DNA of 64,000 nucleotides from positions 2,030,303 to 2,094,302 of the forward strand of contig CM082582.2 of the NCBI GenBank assembly GCA_040954595.2. The letters run 5' to 3'. This DNA comes from Balanoglossus misakiensis. Taxonomy: Eukaryota > Animalia > Hemichordata. Numbering within the stretch: position 1 is the stretch's first letter; every line of letters starts with the position of its first letter. The translations under genes were made by a program, and so were the position numbers. The notes beneath the pieces were generated by a model. That model was not told the origin of the DNA. It saw only the letters and a program-made list of their open reading frames with translations, and made no database searches. Shown here one piece after another: positions 1 through 12,022 of this stretch.

Positions 1-2704
1 CCCATGATTTTTTTCAAAATCGACGAAATTTTGAGATTTTGCAAAATCTCAAAATTTCGTCGATTTTGAAAGAAATCATGGGTTCTTGCAAAATCTCAAA
101 ATTTCGTCGATTTTGAAAAAAATCATGGGTTCGTTGAATTTTGAAAAAAAAAAACATGGATGAAAATCATCAAAAAATGACAAATTTTCGACTTTGCAAA
201 ATCTCAAAATTTCGTCGATTTTGGAAAAAATCATGGGTTCGTCGATTTTTGCAAAAAATCATGGGTGAAAATCATCAAAAAATGACAAATTTTCGACTTT
301 GCAAAATCTCAAAATTTCGTCGAATTTGAAAAAAATCATGGGTTCTTGCAAAATCTCAAAATTTCGTCGATTTTGAAAACAATCATGGGTTCGTTGAATT
401 GTGAAAAAAAACCTGGATGAAAATCATCAAAAAATGACAAATTTTCGACTTTGCAAAATCTCAAAATTTCGTCGATTTTGAAAAAAAATCATGGGTTCGT
501 CGATTTTTGAAAAAAAAAAATGGGTGAAAATCATCAAAATGACCAATGTTCGACTTTGCAAATCTCAAAATTTCGTCGATTTTTGAAAAAAAAATCATGG
601 GCTATAGCTCATGAAAATCATCAACAAATGTCAAATTTTCAACTTTGCGAAATCTCAAAATATCGTCGATTTTTGAAAAAAAACATGGGTTCGTCGATTT
701 TTGAAAAAAAAATCATGGGCTATAGCTCATGAAAATCATCAACAAATGTCAAATTTTCAACTTTGCGAAATCTCAAAATTTCGTCGATTTTGAAAAAAAT
801 TATGGGTTCGTCGATTTTTGAAAAAAATCATGGGTGAAAATCATCAAAAAATGACAAATTTTCGACTGCAAAATCCCAAAATTTCGTCGATTTCGAAAAA
901 AATCATGGGTTCGTCGATTTTTGAAAAAAAAACATGGGTGAAAATCATCAAAAAATTACAAATTTTCGACTGCAAAATCTCAAAATTTGGTCGATTTTTG
1001 AAAAAAATCATGGTGAAAATCATCAAAAAATGACAAATTTTTGATTTTGCAAAATCTCAAAATTTCGTCGATTTTGAAAAAAATTATGGGTTCGTCGATT
1101 TTTGAAAAAAAACATGGGTGAATTTTCGACTTTGCAAAATCTCAAAATTTCGTCGATTTTGAAAAAAATCATGGGTTCGTCAATTTTTGAAAAAAATCAT
1201 GGGTGAAAATCATCAAAAAATGACAAATTTTCGACTGCAAAATCTCAAAATTTCGTCGATTTCGAAAAAAATCATGGGTTCGTCGATATTTGAAAAAAAA
1301 CATGGGTGAATTTTCGACTTTGCAAAATCTCAAAATTTCGTCGATTTTGAAAAAAATTATGGGTTCGTCGATTTTTGAAAAAAAACATGGGTGAAAATCA
1401 TCAAAAAATTACAAATTTTCGACTTTGCAAAATCTTAAAATTTTGTCGATTTTTGAAAAAAAATCATGGGTTCGTCGATTTTTTAGAAAAACATGGGTGA
1501 AAATCATCAAAAATTTACAAATTTTCGACTGCAAAATCTCAAAATTTCGTCGATTTTTGAAAAAAAAATCATGGGTGAAAATCATCAAAAAAATGACAAA
1601 TTTTTGATTTTGCAAAATCTCAAAATTTCGTCGATTTTGAAAAAAAATCACGGGTTCGTCGATTTTTTAAAAAAACATGAGTGAAAACCATCAAAAAATG
1701 ACAAATTTAAGACTGCAAAATCTCAAAATTTCGTCGATTTTGAAAAAAATCATGGGTTCGTTGATTTTTTAAAAAAACATGGGTGAAAATCATCAAAAAT
1801 TTACAAATTTTCGACTGCAAAATCTCAAAATTTCGTCGATTTTTGAAAAAAAAATCATGGGTGAAAATCCTCAAAAAAACGACAAATTTTTGATTTTGCA
1901 AAATTTCAAAATTTCGTCGATTTTGAAAAAAAATCATGGGTTCGTCGATTTTTGAAAAAAAAAATGGGTGAAAATCATCAAAATGACCAATGTTCGACTT
2001 TGCAAATCTCAAAATTTCGTCGATTTTTGAAAAAAAAATCATGGGCTATAGCTCATGAAAATCATCAACAAATGTCAAATTTTCAACTTTGCGAAATCTC
2101 AAAATATCGTCGATTTTTGAAAAAAAAATCATGGGCTATAGCTCATGAAAATCATCAACAAATGTCAAATTTTCAACTTTGCGAAATCTCAAAATATCGT
2201 CGATTTTTGAAAAAAAAAACATGGGTTCGTCGATTTTTGAAAAAAAAATCATGGGCTATAGCTCATGAAAATCATCAACAAATGTCAAATTTTCAACTTT
2301 GCGAAATCTCAAAATTTCGTCGATTTTGAAAAAAATTATGGGTTCGTCAATTTTTGAAAAAAATCATGGGTGAAAATCATCAAAAAATGACAAATTTTCG
2401 ACTGCAAAATCTCAAAATTTCGTCGATTTCGAAAAAAATCATGGGTTCGTCGATTTTTGAAAAAAAAACATGGGTGAAAATCATCAAAAAATTACAAATT
2501 TTCGACTGCAAAATCTCAAAATTTGGTCGATTTTTGAAAAAAATCATGGTGAAAATCATCAAAAAATGACAAATTTTTGATTTTGCAAAATCTCAAAATT
2601 TCGTCGATTTTGAAAAAAATTATGGGTTCGTCGATATTTGAAAAAAAACATGGGTGAATTTTCGACTTTGCAAAATCTCAAAATTTCGTCGATTTTGAAA
2701 AAAA
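1..2704. repeat. A/T-tract-rich satellite array, part 1 (modular, ~105-bp basic unit)
   Basis: Shuffled modules GCAAAATCTCAAAATTTCGTCGATTTTGAAAAAAA, TCATGGGTTCGTCGATTTTTGAAAAAA and ATGGGTGAAAATCATCAAAAAATGACAAATTTTCGAC. The array runs off the window start. Confidence 0.95.
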
Positions 2705-4303
2705 TAGCGTCAAGGACACTGTGGTCCCATTTGAGGATTATGCGGAAACAGTGACACAGGTTTACAGGTGACATTGCAAGCAGATCTGCAAGCAGCAATA
2801 TCGGGCCCAAGCCAACATAGCACATAGCAACATAGCAATAAGCATATCTGCTCTGGATGCCAAGATATGATAAAGTAGGTCAAAGGTCACCTGAGGTCAT
2901 GCAAAATTTGGGCAAGAAATCTTGACCCTATACTGGTCCAGGTTCAACAAAAACAAAACCTATAGAACTATTGGTTAGCCTGGAATTAGGTATGCACATA
3001 ATTAATGAGATATGCAGGTGTCACAGGTGACCCCCAATTTTGGCTTTTCAATTTTAGTCCCAACCCTCCAAACGCCAAGTCTGTACCTGCTCTGGATGCC
3101 AAGATATGATAAAGTAGGTCAAAGGTCACCTGAGGTCATGCAAAATTTGGGCAAGAAATTTTGACCTTATACTGGTCTATGTTCAACAAAAACCAAACCT
3201 ATAGCCCTATTGGTTAGCCTGGAATTAGGTATGCACATAATTAATGAGATATGCAGGTGTCACAGGTGACCCCCCAATTTTGGCTTTTCAATTTTAGTCC
3301 CAACCCTCCGAAGGCCAAGTCTGTACCTGCTCTGGATGCCAAGAAATGGTAAAGTAGGTCAAAGGTCACCTGAAGTCATGCAAAATTTGGGCAAGAAATT
3401 TTGACCCTATACTGGTCCATGTTCAACAAAAACCAAATCTATAGCCCTATTGGTTAGCCTGGAATTAGGTATGCACATAATAAATGAGATATGCAGGTGT
3501 CACAGGTGACCAATATTTTGGCTTTTCAATTTTAGTCCCAACCCTCCAAACGCCAAGTCTGTACCTGCTCTGGATGCCGAGATATAGGAAAGTAGGTCAA
3601 AGGTCACCTGAGGTCACCCAAAATTTGGGCAAGAAATTTTGACCCTATACTGGTCCATGTCCCACAAGAACGAAACCTCTAGCCCTATTAGTTAGCCCGG
3701 AATTAGGTATGCACATAATTAATGTGTTAAGCAGGTGTTACAGGTGAGCCCAAAATTTTGCCTTTTATTTTGGCCCCATTGTGCTCACTGGCCAATAGAC
3801 AGTCATTGTACAGGACTATTGCACAGACCAGAATTCCACAATAAGACGTGGACATAGCTTAACCATAGTGGTATAAGTAAAGGTATAAATTTAATAAAAA
3901 GACTAAAAAATTCATAAAAAATAAAACATCGATGGCATTAACTTAACACTTACAGGTCGATGTGAGGTTGACATATGGTACATGCATACCAATTTTTAAA
4001 GCAATCTGACGAGTAGTTGTTGACTTTCAGAGTTTTGATAAATTTCACATTTTTCCAGCTAATTTGCATATTTTTGGGCCTGGCAACTTCGTTTGGACAA
4101 ACTCCCATCTACAGCCCAGCCTACACCTACACACGAAATATTGAGGTGATACGCGCAGCGGTTTTTAAGTTTTTGATGTGGACGGACATACAGACATACA
4201 TCCATCCATACATCCATACATCCATACATACATCCATACATACCTACAGACGCAACCGATCCCATAAGGTCCCATGGTATATAAGCCTATACCAATGGGA
4301 CCT
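2705..4303 (+). mobile_element. Non-autonomous Helentron/DINE-1(HINE)-like element inserted in the satellite
   Basis: Sits inside an A-run of the satellite (GATTTTGAAAAAAA | element | AAAAATCATGGG). It has a 5' subterminal GGTCCCATT (2723-2731) inverted to 3' AATGGGACC (4294-4302), a 3' hairpin at 4268-4302, a (CATA/CATC)n microsatellite at ~4185-4250 and central tandem repeats. This layout matches described DINE-1/HINE elements. Confidence 0.7.
2846..3780. repeat. ~239-bp central tandem repeat, about 4 copies
   Basis: The unit CTGCTCTGGATGCC...AAAGTAGGTCAAAGGTCACCTGAGGTCA... recurs, with the first AGGTCA at 2877, 3116, 3356 and 3594. Confidence 0.95.
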
Positions 4304-7300
4304 AAAAATCATGGGTTCGTTGATTTTTTAAAAAAACATGGGTGAAAATCATCAAAAATTTACACATTTTCGACTGCAAAATTTCAAAATTTCGTCGATT
4401 TTGAAAAAAAATCATGGGTTCGTCGATTTTTGAAAAAAAAAATGGGTGAAAATCATCAAAATGACCAATGTTCGACTTTGCAAATCTCAAAATTTCGTCG
4501 ATTTTTGAAAAAAAAATCATGGGCTATAGCTCATGAAAATCATCAACAAATGTCAAATTTTCAACTTTGCGAAATCTCAAAATATCGTCGATTTTTGAAA
4601 AAAAAAACATGGGTTCGTCGATTTTTGAAAAAAAAATCATGGGCTATAGCTCATGAAAATCATCAACAAATGTCAAATTTTCAACTTTGCGAAATCTCAA
4701 AATTTCGTCGATTTTGAAAAAAATTATGGGTTCGTCAATTTTTGAAAAAAATCATGGGTGAAAATCATCAAAAAATGACAAATTTTCGACTGCAAAATCT
4801 CAAAATTTCGTCGATTTTGAAAAAAATCATGGGTTCGTTGATTTTTAAAAAAAAAAAATGGGTGAAAATCATCAAAATGACCAATGTTCGACTTTGCAAA
4901 TCTCAAAATTTCGTCGATTTTTGAAAAAAAAATCATGGGCTATAGCTCATGAAAATCATCAACAAATGTCAAATTTTCAACTTTGCGAAATCTCAAAATA
5001 TCGTCGATTTTTGAAAAAAAAAACATGGGTTCGTCGATTTTTGAAAAAAAAATCATGGGCTATAGCTCATGAAAATCATCAACAAATGTCAAATTTTCAA
5101 CTTTGCGAAATCTCAAAATTTCGTCGATTTTGAAAAAAATTATGGGTTCGTCAATTTTTGAAAAAAATCATGGGTGAAAATCATCAAAAAATGACAAATT
5201 TTCGACTGCAAAATCTCAAAATTTCGTCGATTTCGAAAAAATCATGGGTTCGTCGATTTTTGAAAAAAAAACATGGGTGAAAATCATCAAAAAATTACAA
5301 ATTTTCGACTGCAAAATCTCAAAATTTGGTCGATTTTTGAAAAAAATCATGGTGAAAGTCATCAAAAAATGACAAATTTTTGATTTTGCAAAATCTCAAA
5401 ATTTCGTCGATTTTGAAAAAAATTATGGGTTCGTTGATATTTGAAAAAAAACATGGGTGAATTTTCGACTTTGCAAAATCTCAAAATTTCGTCGATTTTG
5501 AAAAAAATCATGGGTTCGTTGATTTTTTAAAAAAACATGGGTGAAAATCATCAAAAATTTACAAATTTTCGACTGCAAAATTTCAAAATTTCGTCGATTT
5601 TGAAAAAAAATCATGGGTTCGTTGATTTTTTAAAAAAAACATGGGTGAAAATCATCAAAAAATGAAAAATTTTTGACTTTGCAAAACCTCAAAATTTCGT
5701 CGATTTTGAAAAAAATTATGGGTTCGTCGATTTTTGAAAAAAAATCATGGGTGAAAATCATCAAAAAATGACAAATTTTCGATTTTGCAAAATCTCAAAA
5801 ATTCGTCGATTTTGAAAAAAAATCATGGGTTGGTCGATTGTTTAAAAAAAACATGGGTGAAAATCAACAAAATGACAAATTTTCGACTGCAAAATCTCAA
5901 AATTTCGTCGATTTTTGAAAAAAAAATCATTAGCTATAGCTCATGAAAATCATCAACAAATGTCAAATTTTCAACTTTGCGAAATCTCAAAATATCGTCG
6001 ATTTTTGAAAAAAAACATGGGTTCGTCGATTTTTGAAAAAAAACATGGGTGAAAATCATCAAAAAATGACAAATTTTCGACTTTGCAAAATCTCAAAATT
6101 TCGTCGATTTTGAAAAAAATTATGGGTTCGTCGATTTTTGAAAAAAATCATGGGTGAAAATCATCAAAAAATGACAAATTTTCGACTTTGCAAAATCTCA
6201 AAATTTCGTCGAATTTTGAAAAAAAACATGGGTTCGTCGATTTTTGAAAAAAAACATGGGTGAAAATCATCAAAAAATGACAAATTTTCGACTTTGCAAA
6301 ATCTCAAAATTTCGTCGATTTTGAAAAAAATTATGGGTTCGTCGATTTTTGAAAAAAATCATGGGTGAAAATCATCAAAAAATGACAAATTTTCGACTTT
6401 GCAAAATCTCAAAATTTCGTCGAATTTTGAAAAAAAATTATGGGTTCGTTGATTTTTGAAAAAAAACATGGGTGAAAATCATCAAAAAATTACAAATTTT
6501 CGACTTTGCAAAATCTTAAAATTTCGTCGATTTTGAAAAAAAATCATGGGTTCGTTGATTTTTTTAAAAAAAACATGGGTGAAAATCATCAAAAAATGAA
6601 AAATTTTCGACTTTGCAAAACCTCAAAATTTCGTCGATTTTGAAAAAAATTATGGGTTCGTCGATTTTTGAAAAAAAATCATGGGTGAAAATCATCAAAA
6701 AATGACAAATTTTCGATTTTGCAAAATCTCAAAAATTCGTCGATTTTGAAAAAAAATCATGGGTTCGTCGATTGTTTAAAAAAAACATGGGTGAAAATCA
6801 ACAAAATGACAAATTTTCGACTGCAAAATCTCAAAATTTCGTCGATTTTTGAAAAAAAAATCATTAGCTATAGCTCATGAAAATCATCAACAAATGTCAA
6901 ATTTTCAACTTTGCGAAATCTCAAAATATCGTCGATTTTTGAAAAAAAACATGGGTTCGTCGATTTTTGAAAAAAAACATGGGTGAAAATCATCAAAAAA
7001 TGACAAATTTTCGACTTTGCAAAATCTCAAAATTTCGTCGATTTTGAAAAAAAATATGGGTTCGTCGATTTTTGAAAAAAATCATGGGTGAAAATCATCA
7101 AAAAATGACAAATTTTCGACTTTGCAAAATCTCAAAATTTCGTCGAATTTTGAAAAAAAATTATGGGTTCGTTGATTTTTGAAAAAAAACATGGGTGAAA
7201 ATCATCAAAAAATTACAAATTTTCGACTTTGCAAAATCTTAAAATTTTGTCGATTTTTGAAAAAAAATCATGGGTTCGTCGATTTTTGAAAAAAAAACAT

Positions 7301-7609
7301 GGGTGAAAATCATCAAAAAATGAAACATTTTAGACTGCAAAATCTCAAAATTTCGTCGATTTTGAAAAAAAATTATGGGTTCGTCGACTTTTAAAAAAAA
7401 ATCATGGGTGAAAATCATCAAAAAATGACAAATTTTCGAGTTTGCAAAATCTCAAAATTTCGTAGATTTTTGAAAAAAATCATGGGTGAAAATCATCAAA
7501 AAATGAAAAATTTTCGACTTTGCAAAATCTCAAAATTTCGTCGATTTTGAAAAAAATCATGGGTTCGTCGATTTTTGAAAAAAAAACATCGGTGAAAATC
7601 ATCAAAAAA
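4304..7609. repeat. A/T-tract-rich satellite array, part 2
   Basis: Same modules as 1-2704. The period is ~105 bp at 6046-6460, and the array ends abruptly at ~7609. Confidence 0.95.
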
Positions 7610-8595
7610 CATAGGTACTTGACTCAGAGTAAACAAGATTGTGTAATTGATACATGTCAGAACGAGATAGAGATATCACGCGCTAAGTTCATGTTTAAGA
7701 AATATTAAGATGACGTGTTCCTTTTATGACATAATACTTGACTAACGTATTAATAAGAGGTGGTGAAATTTGATATCACATTATTATCACCGGAGATCCG
7801 TGACGGGAGTCAACGAGCATGGATAGAGTCGTGTAATTCTTACGTGTGACCAGTAATAAACCAGAACTATTTGTGTTACTCGGAAAACTTGTTGTAAGTC
7901 TCGTTATGCCTCTCGTTAAGTTTACGATATGCCGGGTACCTCTCTCTGGCTCTATGAATATGTTGGGTGGAGAAGGAGAGGGAGAGAATTTACACTCTCA
8001 CCCTTCGGACGTGGCTGATTCCCCAAAGAAGCCCCGATGAGGTAAACGTCCGAAGGATGGCGGGCGTAACAAAACTACAGTGTTCGCAACATGACCTCAG
8101 GTCCGCCGCAGGTTTTGCATGTTACAGCAGAAAACATCTCCGTCAGACCACTAAAAGTAATACCTTTAGGACATAAATTATTTATCTTGAAAGATATTGC
8201 TGTATGCAAATTTCATCTCCGGATTGCTATCGGCGAATCATACCGAGGCTGTCGTCGCTATAGTTGGGACCGACAGTCGAGACCCACATTGTATTGTAAG
8301 GAAAGTTTTAGACGCAACTTAATCAAAGCAGGTATAGTTAGCAGAGCAGATTAAGTTAGCAGAGGAGTGTCGGTATCGTCCACCGTAAACAGGTGTATTC
8401 CTATCGGATTTCAAGCGACAGTCAATTCCACTGGTCATCGATGTTTTTCTCCAGGGTGTTTGAAATACGTCTGTTCGATAGAGTCGTTGTTCCAAAATAT
8501 GCATGGATGCACGGAATGCGACCACATCTGGTTGTTGACAACAAACTAAGGTAGATTATGACTATAATCCCAACTGTCTCCTGTGTGACACACTC

Positions 8596-10492
8596 CTGTT
8601 GTGATTATTGCTGGAATAGGCAATGTTTTAATCTGCCTGCAAAGACTCGTGTGACAAAGATTGTCGGCCAGTCAACATCACCAACGATATTAACAATATA
8701 AAATAAATAAAATTTCAACGATTCAACTTCTTTTCTAGCTTCCTATCTGGATAGTTTGTTTTTTTTTTACTCTAAAGATCGCCTTTCTACCAGGCCACGT
8801 GGCAAGAGACGTTTTCAACTTCTACTATGATCGATGCGAGAGTACTATAGTATTCTCATATACACAGACAAAGGCCACCAAAATAAGAGAATCATTTGGT
8901 CAAATGGTAGAGGGCGCAAAAACAGATATTTCAAATGACAAAATTTTCCGATAAACGTGTTTAATCAAATCAAACTGTGCTCAATGGTATGCTTGCAAAA
9001 ATTGAATACAAATGAAACAAAACACAGCAACTGCCATGAACAAGAAGTTTATTCATGTCAAAATTCAATTTTTTTGAATCATTGATTTCAATTATCAGCT
9101 GAAAACTAAAATTAGATTGTCATCTTGAACAGTATAAAATCAGCGAGCCATTAGACATTAAGTACCCAGCATACTAAAATAAAACCATGTAAACATGCAC
9201 AATTAGATAATCAAATAATTTTTATTTATTCACCATGATGTTTTTAATGTATGTCAAGTCAAAGTACTTGAAGTTATGGACGATCAATTAAAATAGAAAA
9301 CTGTAATTTTAATGGCTGGGTAATGTATCCAATTTCTGCCCAATATATGAAATTTCCGAGTTAGCAACTGAAGAATTCGTGGGGAAAATAGTTACGTGAT
9401 GTGTAACAGAATTCACTTGGAAGTAAGGAGTTTTTGTAAAATCAACATGCATATTACAATTTATTTGTAAAAACTTGATTGGCAATGGAAAATTGGCGTT
9501 TAAATATATAGTACTTCAAGATGAACAGATAAAATATAAGTTATTACAGATGTCATTTTACGACAACAAGGAATGGTAAATCGTTCTTTAATATCTTTAA
9601 AGATGCCAGGTCAAAGGTCACCTTTGCAAATTCAACCACTGGTACCATAGCCATTTCAAATGTAGCCAAAAGTGCGCCACCACTTTCTTCAAACATACTG
9701 AAACCATCTACAGGTTACCGTAGTCCTATATCTCTTGGCATCCATGGCAGTTTAGCTAGTCATGAGCTGGCAAGGGGTGACCTGTAAGCTTTAAACTCTG
9801 GCTTCGGTAATGTCGACTCTGGCTCTGGCATATACTTGCAGGTCCATATGACCTTGGGGTGAACATGGTCATGAAGAAATAAATAGAATCTGTTTGGTGC
9901 ATTGTCAACTTCATTTTATAGTTTCAAAAAAATACAATATGATGAGTAATATTGTTGTTGTTTTCAAAGAGACTCACCACACACTTTAGTAAATCAATGA
10001 CTTGAAAAAGTTTTGAGGACTATCATTTGTCTGAATCTCGGACCGCGAGGCACATACTACCTTAAATAGTTTCACTCGCAGCTTCTTGTGGGCAGTTTCT
10101 CCTTGCGTACCTGTACAGACACACCAGGAGGCCGTTCCCGATGAACAACTCAACCCACATGAAAACATTCAAGCGTCTGGTCACACCCATTTCCGTCAAA
10201 CAAGAACATGAATGAAACTGCGGAGGAAGAGAACGGGAGAGTGCCCATTAACCCTGTAATGACCAATCATTTACTGGAACAAGGTTCAGGATGTACGATC
10301 ACTGGAGTTGAAAATAAGGTCATGGATTTGAAAATTATTTTGAGTTATGAAATTGAAAATACATATTTTTCATTGTGGATTCTCCGACATAAATATTATC
10401 AAAAACAATAAGGGTTGTCTTTTTAATTTATGACATATAACGCCATGAATCTAGCCCATTAATACAAAGGCAATACTAAAACACATTTCGGG
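8596..10492. repeat. ~1.9-kb unclassified dispersed repeat, copy 1
   Basis: Near-identical direct copy at 31537-33430, from CTGTTGTGATTATTGCTGG to ACACATTTCGGG. The short ORFs 9986-10168 and 32925-33107 are identical. Confidence 0.9.
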
Positions 10493-10912
10493 TGCAACGA
10501 GCTAAAGTTCATAATATCCTTTGTGACAAAATTGTAACTTATGCTAATGTCTCGTTTCAGTTCAAAGATCAAACGCAGTGCATTGTGATAAGCAATTTTC
10601 AGATTTGACATGCATTTGGTGTTATAGTTACACCACACATTCATACAATACATACTGTACAGGAAACTCTTAAAGAGCGTACATTTCACACGTTGTGAAC
10701 AATGACTAAATCTACGTATGAGCATATTGGCTCTAGCGTACACACAACGAAGTTGTCTTTGAATGTCCGCATTGTCATCACCAGAGGAAGACACAATATA
10801 ACCAAGGTACTTCTTAGTATCCACAAAGTTTAGACTTTTACCATAAAGATACACATTTGGGACTCTAACTGGGTTCCATGACTTTGGAAAAATTGCCATA
10901 CATTCGGTTTTT
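10493..10912 (-). pseudogene. Non-LTR retrotransposon (LINE) ORF2 fragment, RT thumb/C-terminal region
   Basis: KTECM...FVDTKKYLGYIVSS..DDNADIQRQLRCVYARANMLIRRFSHCSQRVKCTLFKS...AYHNALR is typical of the LINE RT C-terminal region. It is truncated at both ends and the clade is not assigned. Confidence 0.8.
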
Positions 10913-11966
10913 ATGAGTGCATATGCAAGTTTTAACCAGATAAATAATAGAGCTTTGCCGCAAGCGATTATGGCCGCCACCGTGGGAAAATGCAAGAAAC
11001 AATGAAAATGTTGCATTTCCGGTTGTGAAACTTCATAAACAAAACATGATCTCATCCACTTGAGCTCATGGAAGTAAATGTACACCACTGAGACATCAGA
11101 TTTTCATTTTTCATTGCAATATTGCGCTTTTTTTAAAATTGCAGGAATTTTCGTTTTTCTTTAATTTTTGGCCATTTTGTCATAAATAAGTGTTGAGCTT
11201 GATATATTATCATGAAATAGCATTTAATAGACATAATTAAAAGCATATATGAGATTATTTAAAACTTTAATTTTTTATCCAGTTACAGCTTACGTGCCTT
11301 TAATTATATCATCCAACCACTGGCGCCCGTCAACATTTGATAGATCACTCGTTATCCATTTGTTACTAAGCGACCTCGATCGTTGCCAAGACTACTATCT
11401 TTCAGCTCAGCAGGACTTGCTCGACTGTCCCCGTGCGTTGTATTTTAGATCGACGCCCTGGTCTCCCGGCTAAGATTGTCAATATATACGCCGCATGTTG
11501 CCAGCCAGGGCCCCGACTGACATTCCCTCTGAATATACACACCCCTCTATTGAAAATGGAACATTCCTGCAAGCAAAGCATGTTGTACTTGCTTACATCA
11601 GCTGTAGTGACTTGTGTAGACCCCCAGCGCGCGGCCTCTACTGTTTGTATATGGTCTGTCACAGTCCCCGGGAGTAACTGTCATGACAGAAATCGGTTTG
11701 TCAACGGCAAAACGGAGATAAGGTGTTTTTTCCGAATATAGAATATTCAATTCTGTTTGATTCGGTCATGCCCAAAGTGTGCGTAGCTGTCGTCCTCTGA
11801 CAACGCTCCCTCATATTTCATGCGGAGAACTTAAGTAGGTTCAAGCCAAGTTTTAATAGTTGGGCTAAGGTCTTCCCTGATAAGTGTTGAAATGTTTGGG
11901 GTGTTACTGTCCGGGCTGTAACGACTTGGGTCGTGGAAAATGGGGGCTGAAACGACTGGGGCCGAA

Positions 11967-12022
11967 AGGGTCAGAGTGCCGGAACGACCTGTTTAAACAT
12001 GTCGTTCCAGCACTATGACCCT
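11967..12022. repeat. 56-bp palindrome centred on TTTAAA
   Basis: Arms AGGGTCAGAGTGCCGGAACGACCTGTTT and AAACATGTCGTTCCAGCACTATGACCCT are 28 bp with 3 mismatches. Confidence 0.85.

Noticed and set aside
141-7708. Many 60-125-aa Lys/Phe-rich ORFs
   Set aside because: They are translations of the A-tract satellite.
8030-8060. Possible hammerhead ribozyme core (CCGATGAG...CGAAG)
   Set aside because: It deviates from CUGAnGA/GAAA and I could not build the three stems.
11249-11741. Overlapping short ORFs in a GC-richer patch
   Set aside because: No recognisable motifs or consistent exon structure.
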